This document shows, piece after piece, positions 31,429-41,237 of a stretch of 64,000 nucleotides of DNA. The notes under the pieces were generated by a model. It was given only the letters and a program-made list of their open reading frames with translations, had not been told where the DNA came from and did not search any database. Position 1 is the first letter of the stretch. Every line of letters begins with the position of its first letter. Made by a program: the position numbers and the translations under genes. Source of the stretch: a virus; IMG/VR virus record IMGVR_UViG_3300035698_012088, positions 64,001 through 128,000 of that record; one strand, given 5' to 3'.

Positions 31429-31459
31429 TATAAAGAGACTACGGAGAATACGATTTTCG

Positions 31460-31542
31460 TTCAAGGCTTAGCAGCTGATGGAGCAAAATACGCCCTATGG
31501 TATTTATACTTAGCTGATTATAAGATGGTTAACTTTATCCAT
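31460..31542 (+). CDS. polA: polA exon 2 (83 nt), not in the ORF track
   Basis: encodes (F)QGLAADGAKYALWYLYLADYKMVNFIH, the conserved QG.AAD region up to the His of motif C. Confidence 0.9.
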
Positions 31543-31591
31543 AATAGACACGTCTCTTTCTAATGCTATATTAGTATAGGAAGGAGACATC

Positions 31592-32227
31592 ATGTATTCT
31601 GTATATATGTACACGCACACAAAAAGTAATAAAAAGTATATAGGTCTTACAAAATATACTTTAGAAAAGAGAGCCGGTAAAGAAGGCTGCAACTATAAAG
31701 GTTGTCCTAGATTTTACGATGCCATCCAACAATTTGGCATGTCTGCATTTAAAGCAGAAGTGGTAAAATCAGAACTAACTAGAAAAGAAGCAGCTGATTT
31801 AGAGAAAAAGATGATAAGGAAACTTAAAACCAGAGACCGATCTCTAGGCTATAATCTTCAACCAGGTGGATTTTGTTATCGTAGAACCAAAAGCTCTGAA
31901 AGGAGAAGGCGGCAACGAATAAAAACCACCTTGAGGAAACAAAGGTCTAGTTCTAAAGTAAGAAAGACAATGAGTAATAGAATGAAGGATGTATGGAGCG
32001 ATCCTATTTTTAGAGAAAAACAACTAAATATCCTTCAAACCTCTCCCACAGGAAAACCTAAAAAGAGACTTCAATGCCGCGAAACTGGAGAGGTGTATTC
32101 TTCTCAAGCCGAAGCAGCTAAAGTTTGGGGGCTTAGCAAGAGCTATATAAGCCGTTCTTTAAAGGAAAAGGATTTTGTTAGAGTTAACAAGTCCTGTGGA
32201 GATTATGTGCATTTATATAGATACTAA
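31592..32227 (+). CDS. GIY-YIG homing endonuclease in loop L1 of intron 2
   Basis: SVYMY...KKYIGLT..R, E..., GYNL..GG; C-terminal NUMOD1-like ETGEVYSSQAEAAK; own TAGACA-16-TATATT promoter at 31545-31572. Confidence 0.88.
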   Translation: MYSVYMYTHTKSNKKYIGLTKYTLEKRAGKEGCNYKGCPRFYDAIQQFGMSAFKAEVVKSELTRKEAADLEKKMIRKLKTRDRSLGYNLQPGGFCYRRTKSSERRRRQRIKTTLRKQRSSSKVRKTMSNRMKDVWSDPIFREKQLNILQTSPTGKPKKRLQCRETGEVYSSQAEAAKVWGLSKSYISRSLKEKDFVRVNKSCGDYVHLYRY

Positions 32228-32350
32228 ACATTGTGGATGTAAAACAGGGTGAATTGCTGGAAAATCCTAAAGCCTTTTGTACTATAGTGGTTGCACTTTC
32301 AAATAGGGTGCAGTACATTATCACTAAGTAACAATCAAAAGGATATTAAA

Positions 32351-32767
32351 ATGGACAATCAGCAGGCAAGCTCGAACCTAATACCTCTCCCAGGCCTATC
32401 TCACTATTATACAGATGGAGTCGGGAATATTTACAGTACAAAGAGAGGAGACACCAAAAAATTGAAGACTAGACTACACTATGGAAGAAGTGCTTCGCCC
32501 TACATAAGAGTGAAGGCAGCAGCGAAGAATTATTTACTGCATAGGTTAGTAGCATCTGTCCATCTTAAAAGGCCCCTTGCCAAAGAGGAGAGGGTAAACC
32601 ACAAAGATGGCGATACTGTAAACAACAGTCTGAACAATTTAGAGGTATTGTCTCACAGGGAGAATGTTGCTCATGCCGTGAGAAACAATCTCTACTGCTC
32701 CGGTAAAGAATGGTATAAGGCCAGAGAAGCTTCAACGACTATTCCGCGAGGAAGTACACTCAAGTGA
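32351..32767 (+). CDS. HNH (NUMOD4/HNH_3-like) homing endonuclease in loop L6 of intron 2
   Basis: LHRLVA...VNHKDG...NNSLNNLE...EN..H; start MDNQQAS overlaps the Q element. Confidence 0.85.
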   Translation: MDNQQASSNLIPLPGLSHYYTDGVGNIYSTKRGDTKKLKTRLHYGRSASPYIRVKAAAKNYLLHRLVASVHLKRPLAKEERVNHKDGDTVNNSLNNLEVLSHRENVAHAVRNNLYCSGKEWYKAREASTTIPRGSTLK

Positions 32768-32880
32768 GTGGAAGCGCCCTGCCCCTAGTAACTTAGGGTG
32801 ATGATATAGTCTGATCTGAATGGAAACATTCAGCAGCTGTAAAGCGAGCAAAGAGCAACGACCTTTGCTGAACATGAATG

Positions 32881-33096
32881 GATGAGATAATAGTAGAGTT
32901 GCCTCTAGGAGACGAGCTTCAAGCCAATGTCAAAAAAGTGGAAAAATATATGATTCTAGGTATGGAAAAAGTGATTAAACACGTTACAATAAAGGTAGAA
33001 CCCACACTAATGACTAGATGGTACAAAGAAGCTGAACCCGTGTATGATGAGGAGGATAATCTTCTCCTCTGGACACCTAAGATGAAAGAAATGTGA
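32881..33096 (+). CDS. polA: polA exon 3
   Basis: DEIIVE completes motif C (HDE); predicted spliced protein 660 aa. Confidence 0.9.
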   Translation, partial: DEIIVELPLGDELQANVKKVEKYMILGMEKVIKHVTIKVEPTLMTRWYKEAEPVYDEEDNLLLWTPKMKEM

Positions 33097-33282
33097 TTAT
33101 GAAACAGACTTGTCATTTCTGCCAGAAGACTAAAGCAGCAGCATCAATGTTCCCTCTGAAGAAAGGAGAGAATATCATAGTATGGGGCTGTAAACATCAC
33201 CCTGGAATACCAGAACAATTTGCATTAGATAAAGAATATCTAAAAGAACTCATAAAAAAACCTACAAGGAATATTTTACCAA

Positions 33283-34467
33283 ATGGCATTCAGAAAAATG
33301 TCCGACACCGGACAAAGTACAAACACTAATAGTTTTTCTAATTTAAACTTAATAGTAAAACCCGACTCAGGATTTGAGATCCTTATCCCCTATTTGAAAG
33401 AAGATGACCTGGAAACAGAAATCAGAGTTTTCAATTCATTTGATGAAGATGGAGATGAGGACTTGGTCCTTAACCCAGATGGAAACGTCGAAGACCCTTT
33501 CAATAGCCTTGGCTGTGCATTCTACTATGCAGAAGTATGTACAATCTGGAAGAATGGTAGGACCATGTTGGTCTCATCAGTCCAACCAGAAGATGAAGCA
33601 GGAAATCCAGTTCCTGGGAGTAACTACAGCCCAGCTGCCCATTTCATGAGGAGACTCAGCTACAAGATCTTTGTAGAGAATGAAAAGCAGCAGCGCGGTA
33701 TGGAGACAAACATTCCTAAGCATTGGATGCCCTGGACATCTAAAGGTACTATTGTAAGACCCCAGCCCATGTTTATGGTTCAGTGCATGGCTTCAAAAGT
33801 AAATGGAGAAGTCAAAAGGGATATGAAAAAGAAGATGCAATGGCAAGGTCCATATGTCTTCCTCATTCCCAAAAGTGCTGAAGGCGTTTTCCTGAACAAC
33901 GTACTAAAGAAAGAGGATGAAGATGAGATGCTCAGTCTTGGCAATAATCGTTTAGGCGATTTCTGCTCCTGTGCTGAAGGTCACCTCTTAAGACTCTCAA
34001 GATTTACTCAAAAATCAGGTGGTGGAAAAAGAGGCAAGATCAGTTATTCTCTGTCTCTAGGTAAGAAAACACCATTTAGAGAAGATCAAGTCAAAGGTAT
34101 TGTGAGACCCTGGGATGAACTTATTCATCTCCCCACAGTTGATGAAACTGTTAGGGTCTTGTCAAAACTCTTTGAGCCTGCTGTGATAGACTTCGGTTTT
34201 AGAAACACAGCATATACTTCTTATGTCCCTGAAGAGTTCCTCGGAGCTGCAGATGACATTCCAGAAGCAGAAGATATTAGAGAGATTAGAGCCAAGAACG
34301 GGCCAATCCAAGAGGAGCGTACCGCCCCAAGACTCAAAGCTCCTTCTATTGCTGATGGAGATGATATTGACTTACCCAAAGTCTCAGATGATAGTGAACT
34401 AAGCCCAGAAGCGTTCAAGAAGAACTTGGATAAGCTCCAGGGTCACACTATGCCTATGGCAGACTAA
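33283..34467 (+). CDS. probable single-stranded DNA-binding protein
   Basis: located between polA and recA, acidic flexible C-terminal region, followed by a terminator; no diagnostic motif. Confidence 0.4.
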   Translation: MAFRKMSDTGQSTNTNSFSNLNLIVKPDSGFEILIPYLKEDDLETEIRVFNSFDEDGDEDLVLNPDGNVEDPFNSLGCAFYYAEVCTIWKNGRTMLVSSVQPEDEAGNPVPGSNYSPAAHFMRRLSYKIFVENEKQQRGMETNIPKHWMPWTSKGTIVRPQPMFMVQCMASKVNGEVKRDMKKKMQWQGPYVFLIPKSAEGVFLNNVLKKEDEDEMLSLGNNRLGDFCSCAEGHLLRLSRFTQKSGGGKRGKISYSLSLGKKTPFREDQVKGIVRPWDELIHLPTVDETVRVLSKLFEPAVIDFGFRNTAYTSYVPEEFLGAADDIPEAEDIREIRAKNGPIQEERTAPRLKAPSIADGDDIDLPKVSDDSELSPEAFKKNLDKLQGHTMPMAD

Positions 34468-34480
34468 CAAGTCTATATGT

Positions 34481-34511
34481 GCCGGGGCAAATGTCCCGGC
34501 TTTTCCTCTTT
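34481..34511 (+). terminator. intrinsic terminator
   Basis: GCCGGGGC-AAAT-GTCCCGGC hairpin followed by TTTTCCTCTTT. Confidence 0.75.
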
Positions 34512-34530
34512 CTACATATAGGAGATTACT

Positions 34531-35727
34531 ATGGCCAGAGGTCGTAAAGCAGCAACAGCATTAACCAATGCTACACCTACAGGATTCGCCAATGCACTCA
34601 GAGACAATGCTATCAAAGAGTGGGGCACAACCAATGTAGCAGATGCAGATACCTTCTTGGATTCTGTATATGGCATACCAGTAGGGAATGATAAACTCCC
34701 TCTTCAATACCTTTTAGGCATTGACGTCTTAGCTTTAGAGAGATGTATTACCTTAGTAGGGTCTTGGGGAACAACCAAGTCTTCCCTAGGATGGTACTTT
34801 GCTAAGCTATTTTTAGAACATAACAGTCAAGTAGTATTTATTGATACTGAACATAAAACTAATCCTGATCAGGTCAGGGCTATTATTAACAACGATGAAC
34901 TCTTAAAGAATATCCTGTTTACAGAAGTGGACTCTTTAGATAAGATGCTCCATGCCTTATTCTATTATACAGAAGAATACAACAAACTGATTCCAGACAA
35001 AAGCATCCCTATGTTGCTTTTTGTAGATTCCTTAAATGCTGTCACATCAGAAGATGTAGCATCTAAGATCATGGCACAGGAAGATGTAGCCGGTTTTAGT
35101 GGAGCCAGGAATGCAGGACAGATACAAGAACATATGCAGACATTTGTTCCTAAGTGCCTAAAAGGTAACCCAATATCCCTGGTGGTAGTAAACCATCAGA
35201 AGTTAGATATTGGCGCCACAGCACGATCCCCCTTTATGCCAGCAATCAAAAAGGAAGCTGGAGGAGGACACAAAGATTTCGCCTACACTTGGAAATTTGA
35301 GTTGATGAAGGCTGGTTCTAAGAAATCAGTCCATGGGAATATTCCCTGCTACAAGATGAAAATAGGTAAGAGTTCTCTAGGTTCAGGTGAGAGATTGCCT
35401 ATCCTAGTTCCATATACCAGCACCTTCAAAGAAGATGGTGTTGAGATAATTGAATATGACTGGGACTCTGCTTTGGTAGACCTATTGACTGATAATAAGA
35501 TATCAGCCACTGCGGTCAAAGAAGTAATACAGTTTACTAGAAGTGGATCTAAGTGCTCAAGCAAGCAACTTGGGCTAACAGATGTTTCTGCAAAAGAGAT
35601 GGGAAAAGCCATACATGCAGATGCAGATATAGTTAAAGCACTACAAGACAATGTCTTACACATTAGGAGAAAAAGGGTATTTGGATGTCAATCTTTGGAA
35701 ATAGCGAAAAGCGATTCAAAAAGCTAG
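34531..35727 (+). CDS. recA: RecA/UvsX-like recombinase
   Basis: variant Walker A GSWGTTKS, VFIDTEH, LFVDSL, VVVNHQ and GGG motifs. Confidence 0.8.
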   Translation: MARGRKAATALTNATPTGFANALRDNAIKEWGTTNVADADTFLDSVYGIPVGNDKLPLQYLLGIDVLALERCITLVGSWGTTKSSLGWYFAKLFLEHNSQVVFIDTEHKTNPDQVRAIINNDELLKNILFTEVDSLDKMLHALFYYTEEYNKLIPDKSIPMLLFVDSLNAVTSEDVASKIMAQEDVAGFSGARNAGQIQEHMQTFVPKCLKGNPISLVVVNHQKLDIGATARSPFMPAIKKEAGGGHKDFAYTWKFELMKAGSKKSVHGNIPCYKMKIGKSSLGSGERLPILVPYTSTFKEDGVEIIEYDWDSALVDLLTDNKISATAVKEVIQFTRSGSKCSSKQLGLTDVSAKEMGKAIHADADIVKALQDNVLHIRRKRVFGCQSLEIAKSDSKS

Positions 35728-36076
35728 AGAAGCAGAGAGCTATAGATAAGTTCACTGCAAAAGTAAAGAAGATCATAGAGAAGGAAGTAATAGTTGATTT
35801 AGATATGGAGATCATGGACACTGTCCTCACCATGTCAGAGATCTTTTCAGGAAAGTATCAAGAGACGAAGATGTGGGGTAAGTTCAAGAAAGCTTTGGCT
35901 GTCACGCCTTACCCCATAATGATCTTTAAGATAAAGAGAAGTGGTCCTTGGGTCTTAACCAACGCCACTGTGCCCAATCAGCAGTCTGGAAGGGCCAGGA
36001 TAGAGATACCTGCAAAGGGAACAGCCCAGAATGCATATGTCTATCCCCTAGAGTTATTTTGTAAGGAGTATAAAGT

Positions 36077-36364
36077 ATGAGTAATCTAAGAGATAAGACC
36101 TACAGAGAGAAGATGAAAACCTGTAGTCACTTGTTACCCGATCCAGGAGGAGAGGTAGTGAGGGAGTGTCTTGAGTACATAGAGGAGTTAGTCGAAAAGC
36201 TTGCAATTCCTCAGTATAGATCCATTGAGGACAAAATTGCTACTGTCCGGGTAGCTCTCTCTCAAACGGCGATCTCGGCCCTGAGCGATAGAGAAATCGG
36301 TAGACAGTGTGCAGTTAGCCATACCTTTGTGGGTAAGGTTCGTAGAAGTATGGAAAAGGAATAG
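36077..36364 (+). CDS. HTH DNA-binding protein
   Basis: LSDREIGRQCAVSHTFVGKVRR. Confidence 0.7.
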   Translation: MSNLRDKTYREKMKTCSHLLPDPGGEVVRECLEYIEELVEKLAIPQYRSIEDKIATVRVALSQTAISALSDREIGRQCAVSHTFVGKVRRSMEKE

Positions 36365-36367
36365 AAA

Positions 36368-37153
36368 ATGGGTGCAGTTAAAATAGTAGAAGCTGAATTG
36401 ATTGGGGACCTCCCAGCAGTAGTTCCTAAGCAGTTCCAGATCTTTGTGGATGAAGTCCCAAAGAAGAAAGAAGACTGCTTTACTCTGATCAAGAGTAATC
36501 TGATCGATGCAGCCAGGTATGCCACACTAAGGCATTGGAATGTAGGAAGGGTCATCGATACCCTAAAGGATAGAGGTGAAAAGGATGTACTCACTCAGGT
36601 CATGGAGAAGACCCAGTATGAGAAGAGACATCTTCAGTACACCCTATCTGTCTTCAGGAAGTTTCCCTCCTTTGAGGAAGTACACGATCTCTGTGTAAAA
36701 GGCCTTGAATGGACACAGTTCAAAATGTTGACTGCTGTCAAAGAAGATGGGGATAGAGAAGAGATTGTAGAGAAGATCATGGAAGACAGGATTGATAAGT
36801 ATGATCTTGGAGATGAGATCAAGAAGGCTAACAGCAGCGGACTACCTGCCCTCCCCGCTCTCCCAGAAGTCCCTGAGACTGATGGCACAATAGAAACTGC
36901 AGAGCCTCTTAAGTTCTTCCAGAAGATGCATGATGCCCTGGAGAAGACCTATCACCACTTCACGGACAAGCTCATGGAAAGTAAAGACTACTTGGATGTA
37001 GCCACTGATGACATGAGAACAACAGATGAAGTGTACAACAAAGTAATTGAACAGATTGCAGTGATCAGAAATGACACAGCAGACTGCCAGGATACTTTGA
37101 TGAGTCTTCTAGAGTTTTGTGATACCACGGCCAAGGATCATGCAGAAGAATAA
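36368..37153 (+). CDS. hypothetical protein
   Basis: 261-aa ORF with AAGGA RBS. Confidence 0.7.
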   Translation: MGAVKIVEAELIGDLPAVVPKQFQIFVDEVPKKKEDCFTLIKSNLIDAARYATLRHWNVGRVIDTLKDRGEKDVLTQVMEKTQYEKRHLQYTLSVFRKFPSFEEVHDLCVKGLEWTQFKMLTAVKEDGDREEIVEKIMEDRIDKYDLGDEIKKANSSGLPALPALPEVPETDGTIETAEPLKFFQKMHDALEKTYHHFTDKLMESKDYLDVATDDMRTTDEVYNKVIEQIAVIRNDTADCQDTLMSLLEFCDTTAKDHAEE

Positions 37154-38003
37154 TCTACCCAGCTTTAGTGTACCTAGATTCAACAAGCTCTCCGCTAAGA
37201 TTAAAAGTGCTCTTATCGAAGATGGTCTACAGGATGCAACCATCCAACAGGCTAACATGAAAAGAGTGCTAGATGCTATAGTTTCTAATCTCCCAAAGAG
37301 AAAAGGGCTATCTAAAGATGACAAGTATATGAGGAGGAAGTCTGTAACAAGCATTCTCTCCCATTACATTGGAACACCTTTAGATGTATTAACTATAGAT
37401 GTCCTATGCAAACACATTGCTGGATGCGTAGATACCATCTTAGACGGTGAACTATATTGCCAATGGTCACCTAAGAGTCCAGCTAACTGGGCCTTCATAA
37501 AGGTAATAAGTATAGAGAGGGACTTTACAGAGAGAAAGACATATAAATGTAGACTAGAGTCCTGTGGTGGAAACACTTATGGAACTACATGGATTGTGAA
37601 CTTCTCTTCTAAATTTGTATATAGAATCCTAAAGGCTTGTGGAACTAGATGGAAAGATGAGCATATTCCAGAAGATCTATTTGATCTATGGCTAACTGCT
37701 AAGATAGGATATAAGAGCTATAAAACCACATTTACAGACATATATGCTTCCAACAGTCAACAGGTTTATAATAAGAATATACTAAAAAAAAGAATAGGTC
37801 CCTGCATTCAGGGCTTGACAAATAAGTGTATGAACTGTCAATTACCTAAGAAGCTGTGTGCTTTATCTAGACACACTGCAGAATACCCTAAAGAGGTATG
37901 TAAAAACACTAAACCAACTAAACATTATGGATACATTGTAAGGGATAAAATATGCCTTGGGTGTATTAATGTTGGTAGATTTCCACATAAGGAGAAAAGA
38001 TGA
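37119..38003 (+). CDS. hypothetical protein with Cys-rich C-terminus
   Basis: 294-aa ORF with several Cys clusters. Confidence 0.65.
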   Translation: MIPRPRIMQKNNLPSFSVPRFNKLSAKIKSALIEDGLQDATIQQANMKRVLDAIVSNLPKRKGLSKDDKYMRRKSVTSILSHYIGTPLDVLTIDVLCKHIAGCVDTILDGELYCQWSPKSPANWAFIKVISIERDFTERKTYKCRLESCGGNTYGTTWIVNFSSKFVYRILKACGTRWKDEHIPEDLFDLWLTAKIGYKSYKTTFTDIYASNSQQVYNKNILKKRIGPCIQGLTNKCMNCQLPKKLCALSRHTAEYPKEVCKNTKPTKHYGYIVRDKICLGCINVGRFPHKEKR

Positions 38004-38632
38004 AACCAAATACATTTACCAAAGGAGGATCTACAATGGGAATGAGAATTCCAGGAGCAGGGCCCCCAATGGTTTTCCAGAGAGACCTGGCACTATGCCT
38101 ACCTTTTTTGATGAAGAATGCTACGATTATGTGCCAAGGCATATATGAGGGCCAAAAAGCAGAATTGGAGATTTTAGACACTATAATCCAGTTCTTCCAT
38201 AGAACCTATGAGGATTCTAGAGCAGATAGAATGAAAGGCCTCAATCAGCTTAGACACTTGTTTGAGTATATTGAGACTAAGGGAGCTATGGGCACAGAGC
38301 TGTTAGCTACCTTTTCTACACTGTTCATGACATCCATTTTTACTTACATATATGGTAGTAAGCAAATGGCCATTGCATCCCCAGACAGTCTAGACACAGA
38401 AGAGTGTTACGATTTTCAACAAGTAACCTCTATGCTATCTTTGATGGGTAAAGAAACAGCCAACTCTTTTATTGATGAAGTGAAAAGCTGTGGGGCTCTC
38501 CCTACAGGATATGACCTCAATCCATTAAAGAAATCAGTAGATAACTATCTAATTGATATACAGAAAAATCAGGAAGAAAGATATGCCGCAAACACTACAG
38601 ACTCTGACAAAGAAGCTCCAGCAGAGTCCTGA
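38000..38632 (+). CDS. hypothetical protein
   Basis: 210-aa ORF with AAGGAG RBS. Confidence 0.7.
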   Translation: MKPNTFTKGGSTMGMRIPGAGPPMVFQRDLALCLPFLMKNATIMCQGIYEGQKAELEILDTIIQFFHRTYEDSRADRMKGLNQLRHLFEYIETKGAMGTELLATFSTLFMTSIFTYIYGSKQMAIASPDSLDTEECYDFQQVTSMLSLMGKETANSFIDEVKSCGALPTGYDLNPLKKSVDNYLIDIQKNQEERYAANTTDSDKEAPAES

Positions 38633-39320
38633 TACAATATACTACAGATGGTATGGTACTATCTTCTCTGAGCAGGATGTCTTCACTAGATTGGATAAAA
38701 CATATCTCTATGTAGTTAAAGATAACATTATCCAAAGAGTGATAGGATATTCTAGTAAGACAGAAGATCAAGAGCCAATCCTCAAGTATTCAACAGAGAC
38801 TTGTTATAGAATCATGTCTGGAAACAGGAAGGGAAGAGTACTCCCCTCTAGTAGAATATTTCAGAATGAGACTTGTGAGATAGCTGGAATAAAAAAAGAC
38901 CTAGAGGAAGGAACCTCAAAGAACCAAATTAATGAAGATAAGCCTTCAGATTCATACCTATTAGAGATACTCGGGGAATTAGAAGTTCCTCCTCATACAA
39001 TACCTAAGATGGTACATCCTCAGTTCTACTTGAGCTGCCCCTCTAATAATAAGATTCTATATCCTAGAAAGGGAGAGGCAACCTTAGAGGCTATCAAGGC
39101 TACAGGTGCCTACAATGAGAGCCTACCTTTGGAGACATGCCTTAGGAGATGCTTACCTGACTTTGCAGAAGATGCAGGGAAAGGAAGAAGTGCTTACCCT
39201 TTTGAGCACATTTATGGAAAAGGGATAGTGGTTGCAGATCCTTCAATCTATGGCACATGGTTTGCAGTAGATAAGAAAGATGTAGCTAATACAAAAACAG
39301 TGGAGTTTACATTTACATGA
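38553..39320 (+). CDS. hypothetical protein
   Basis: 255-aa ORF in operon. Confidence 0.65.
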   Translation: MIYRKIRKKDMPQTLQTLTKKLQQSPDTIYYRWYGTIFSEQDVFTRLDKTYLYVVKDNIIQRVIGYSSKTEDQEPILKYSTETCYRIMSGNRKGRVLPSSRIFQNETCEIAGIKKDLEEGTSKNQINEDKPSDSYLLEILGELEVPPHTIPKMVHPQFYLSCPSNNKILYPRKGEATLEAIKATGAYNESLPLETCLRRCLPDFAEDAGKGRSAYPFEHIYGKGIVVADPSIYGTWFAVDKKDVANTKTVEFTFT

Positions 39321-39913
39321 GATTAGGAGAGTGGTTAGCAAGTAGAGAGTATATAACAAATAAAGCATGTGTTTTAACTGTAGGCTCAGATGGTCTCAAA
39401 CCGTCCCAGAATAATCTAATGTCAATTGGATTGCATACAGGTAAAGAACACTCTATAACATACATAACCGGAGCAGACCCTAGTGCTGTTGTACAGTACA
39501 CAGGAGTATCTCCGTCTTCCTATACGGAAAGAGCAGTGGGGGCAGACAGAGCAAAGGAACTTATTCTTCCTATTCTGTACAGTATGGATTTCTATGTGGT
39601 ATTTAACAAAGCCTTTGTAGAAGGATGGCTTGATGATTTTGATCCTAAGATGTTTGAGGATAAAGAGGTCTTGGACTTGTCCAGCTTCTTTAAGCTAAAG
39701 GATATGGGAGAAGATATCCCACCAGATGTGGAAAACCTTACAGACTTAAATGAAAGAATAAGTGCCTGCCTTGTAGGTACTAAGTACAGGAAGGGTTATA
39801 AGTTAGAAGACTTACAAGCCCGGTATTTAGGAGATATGGAAGACTATCTCCCTGCTTTAGAGATGAAGCCCCTAAAGCTATATAAATTATATGAAACTGC
39901 ATTAATGCTATAA
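39317..39913 (+). CDS. DnaQ/DEDD exonuclease-fold protein with degenerate active site
   Basis: VLTVGSDGLKP...LMSIG, YTGVS, VVFNKAF, VLDL, YKLEDL follow the DnaQ pattern but the ExoI D and E are replaced. Confidence 0.55.
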   Translation: MRLGEWLASREYITNKACVLTVGSDGLKPSQNNLMSIGLHTGKEHSITYITGADPSAVVQYTGVSPSSYTERAVGADRAKELILPILYSMDFYVVFNKAFVEGWLDDFDPKMFEDKEVLDLSSFFKLKDMGEDIPPDVENLTDLNERISACLVGTKYRKGYKLEDLQARYLGDMEDYLPALEMKPLKLYKLYETALML

Positions 39914-40081
39914 GGTGTATTCAGAGTTTAAAGCTTTATGTACTCTTTCATCAGATAATTCTGCAAAACCCCCAGATAGGGATTTGATAATCTTCTTACA
40001 TTTAGTACATATATAAAGTCCTTCAGGGGCTTTGTTCTGCTTACATCTCATGCACGTTCTACGTGGTCTACGCTTTGCCAT
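39908..40081 (-). CDS. small basic zinc-finger protein, lone minus-strand gene
   Basis: MAKRRPRRTCMRC...ICTKC with GGAAAGG RBS. Confidence 0.6.
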   Translation of the reverse strand: MAKRRPRRTCMRCKQNKAPEGLYICTKCKKIIKSLSGGFAELSDERVHKALNSEYTL

Positions 40082-40145
40082 GATGTAATCCTTTCCGTAA
40101 AAATTCAATATATTGGCGATCCAGGATATTACAACAGGAGACTCC

Positions 40146-41237
40146 ATGAGGATAGATATCGAAACTAAACCTTTCAAAGAGTTTATTAAGACTTTTGAAA
40201 AGCATCCAAAGCATAAAAATATGCAAGCTTATTTAACAGCTACAGAGGACTCTACTATCAATGTAGCAGTACCAACTGAAGACAATATACAAGATAAACA
40301 ATATGACCCTATTTATATAATGACTGAAATATCAGGTATGTCAGATACCACGGACAAAGATATGTCCTTTGACTTACAAGTTTTAAATGATGCACTTAAG
40401 AATACAGATGCAAAGATTATAACCCTAAAGCAAAATAACACAAAAATTGATATAGGTGTAGAGAGTTCAGCTCCATCAGGAGGTGTAATCTTTGAAGCCG
40501 TAGATACCGTTGAGGGGACTGTTTTAGAAACAGTCATGCCTAAGGGATTGGCAGGATTTGATTACGACAAAAAGTTTGACTTCTATTCCAATAAGGAATC
40601 AGAACAATTTGGGGTGAAGCTTATAAATAGGAATGTTGTTCTCATAGCAGACTGGTACACTCCAGGAGACATCAGTGAGATTGATGCAGTGATGAGCGTT
40701 TTTGTAAAAGATTACGAACCTAGAGCTATTAAAAAGGATAAGAAAAAGATGCCCGCAGCAAGAAGAGCAAAAAAAGCAGCAGAAGCTACCTTAGATTTAC
40801 CGGAGATTACAGATGAAGAAAATATTAAAAGTGGAGATGAGGATTCCGGTCCTAGTGGTGATAAAGTACTGGGAGAAGGAGCTGAGCAGGTGGATGAGGA
40901 TACCGAGACAGTACCTGGGAATGAATCTGAAAGGGACACTGACAGGAAGGACACAGTCAAAGATCCCAAACCTGACAAGCCTGCCAAAAGGAAGCCCAGG
41001 AGAACTGCAGAAGAAATACTTAAAACAGATATCGCAAAGGCGATCACGAAGTTAGAGGAAAACGGGTATACAGTGTCCTTGGAAGATGAACAAGAGTATC
41101 CCCCAACTGTTCTTGGAAAGGTCGGTTCTGCTATGTCTTTAATGGCAGCAGCAACAGTGGCACTAAAAGATGTTGCAGCAATGACAGAGAATCTCGTTGA
41201 CAAAGACGAATTCATTGCTAAACTAAGAGATCTCTAA
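40146..41237 (+). CDS. hypothetical protein; N-terminus weakly resembles a sliding-clamp domain, C-terminal half low complexity
   Basis: AGGAG RBS; alpha/beta pattern MRIDIETKPFKEFIK...FDLQVLNDALK..IITL. Confidence 0.35.
   Translation: MRIDIETKPFKEFIKTFEKHPKHKNMQAYLTATEDSTINVAVPTEDNIQDKQYDPIYIMTEISGMSDTTDKDMSFDLQVLNDALKNTDAKIITLKQNNTKIDIGVESSAPSGGVIFEAVDTVEGTVLETVMPKGLAGFDYDKKFDFYSNKESEQFGVKLINRNVVLIADWYTPGDISEIDAVMSVFVKDYEPRAIKKDKKKMPAARRAKKAAEATLDLPEITDEENIKSGDEDSGPSGDKVLGEGAEQVDEDTETVPGNESERDTDRKDTVKDPKPDKPAKRKPRRTAEEILKTDIAKAITKLEENGYTVSLEDEQEYPPTVLGKVGSAMSLMAAATVALKDVAAMTENLVDKDEFIAKLRDL

Larger units (their letters stand above)
30402..31459 (+). mobile_element. group I intron 1 in polA (IA2-like) with HNH ORF in P9
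   Basis: P1 TATGTGT/AA..TTGCACATA with U.G pair; P GAATTCGGTGGAA, Q AATACCGAGC, R TGTAGAGACTA, S GATGATATAGTCC; terminal G; splicing restores NYVFQG. Confidence 0.9.
31543..32880 (+). mobile_element. group I intron 2 in polA (IA2-like) carrying two endonuclease ORFs
   Basis: 5' exon ATCCAT/AAT pairs with ATTGTGGAT at 32230-32238; P AATTGCTGGAAA, Q AATCAGCAGG, R TTCAACGACTA, S GATGATATAGTCT; terminal G; splicing restores FIH-DEI. Confidence 0.9.

Noticed and set aside
32878-33096. Independent 72-aa ORF
   Set aside because: It is polA exon 3; its ATG is the last three bases of intron 2
35685-36080. Possible Hjc-type resolvase after recA
   Set aside because: Only a weak C-terminal resemblance with no clear catalytic motif, and a RuvC-like gene is present elsewhere
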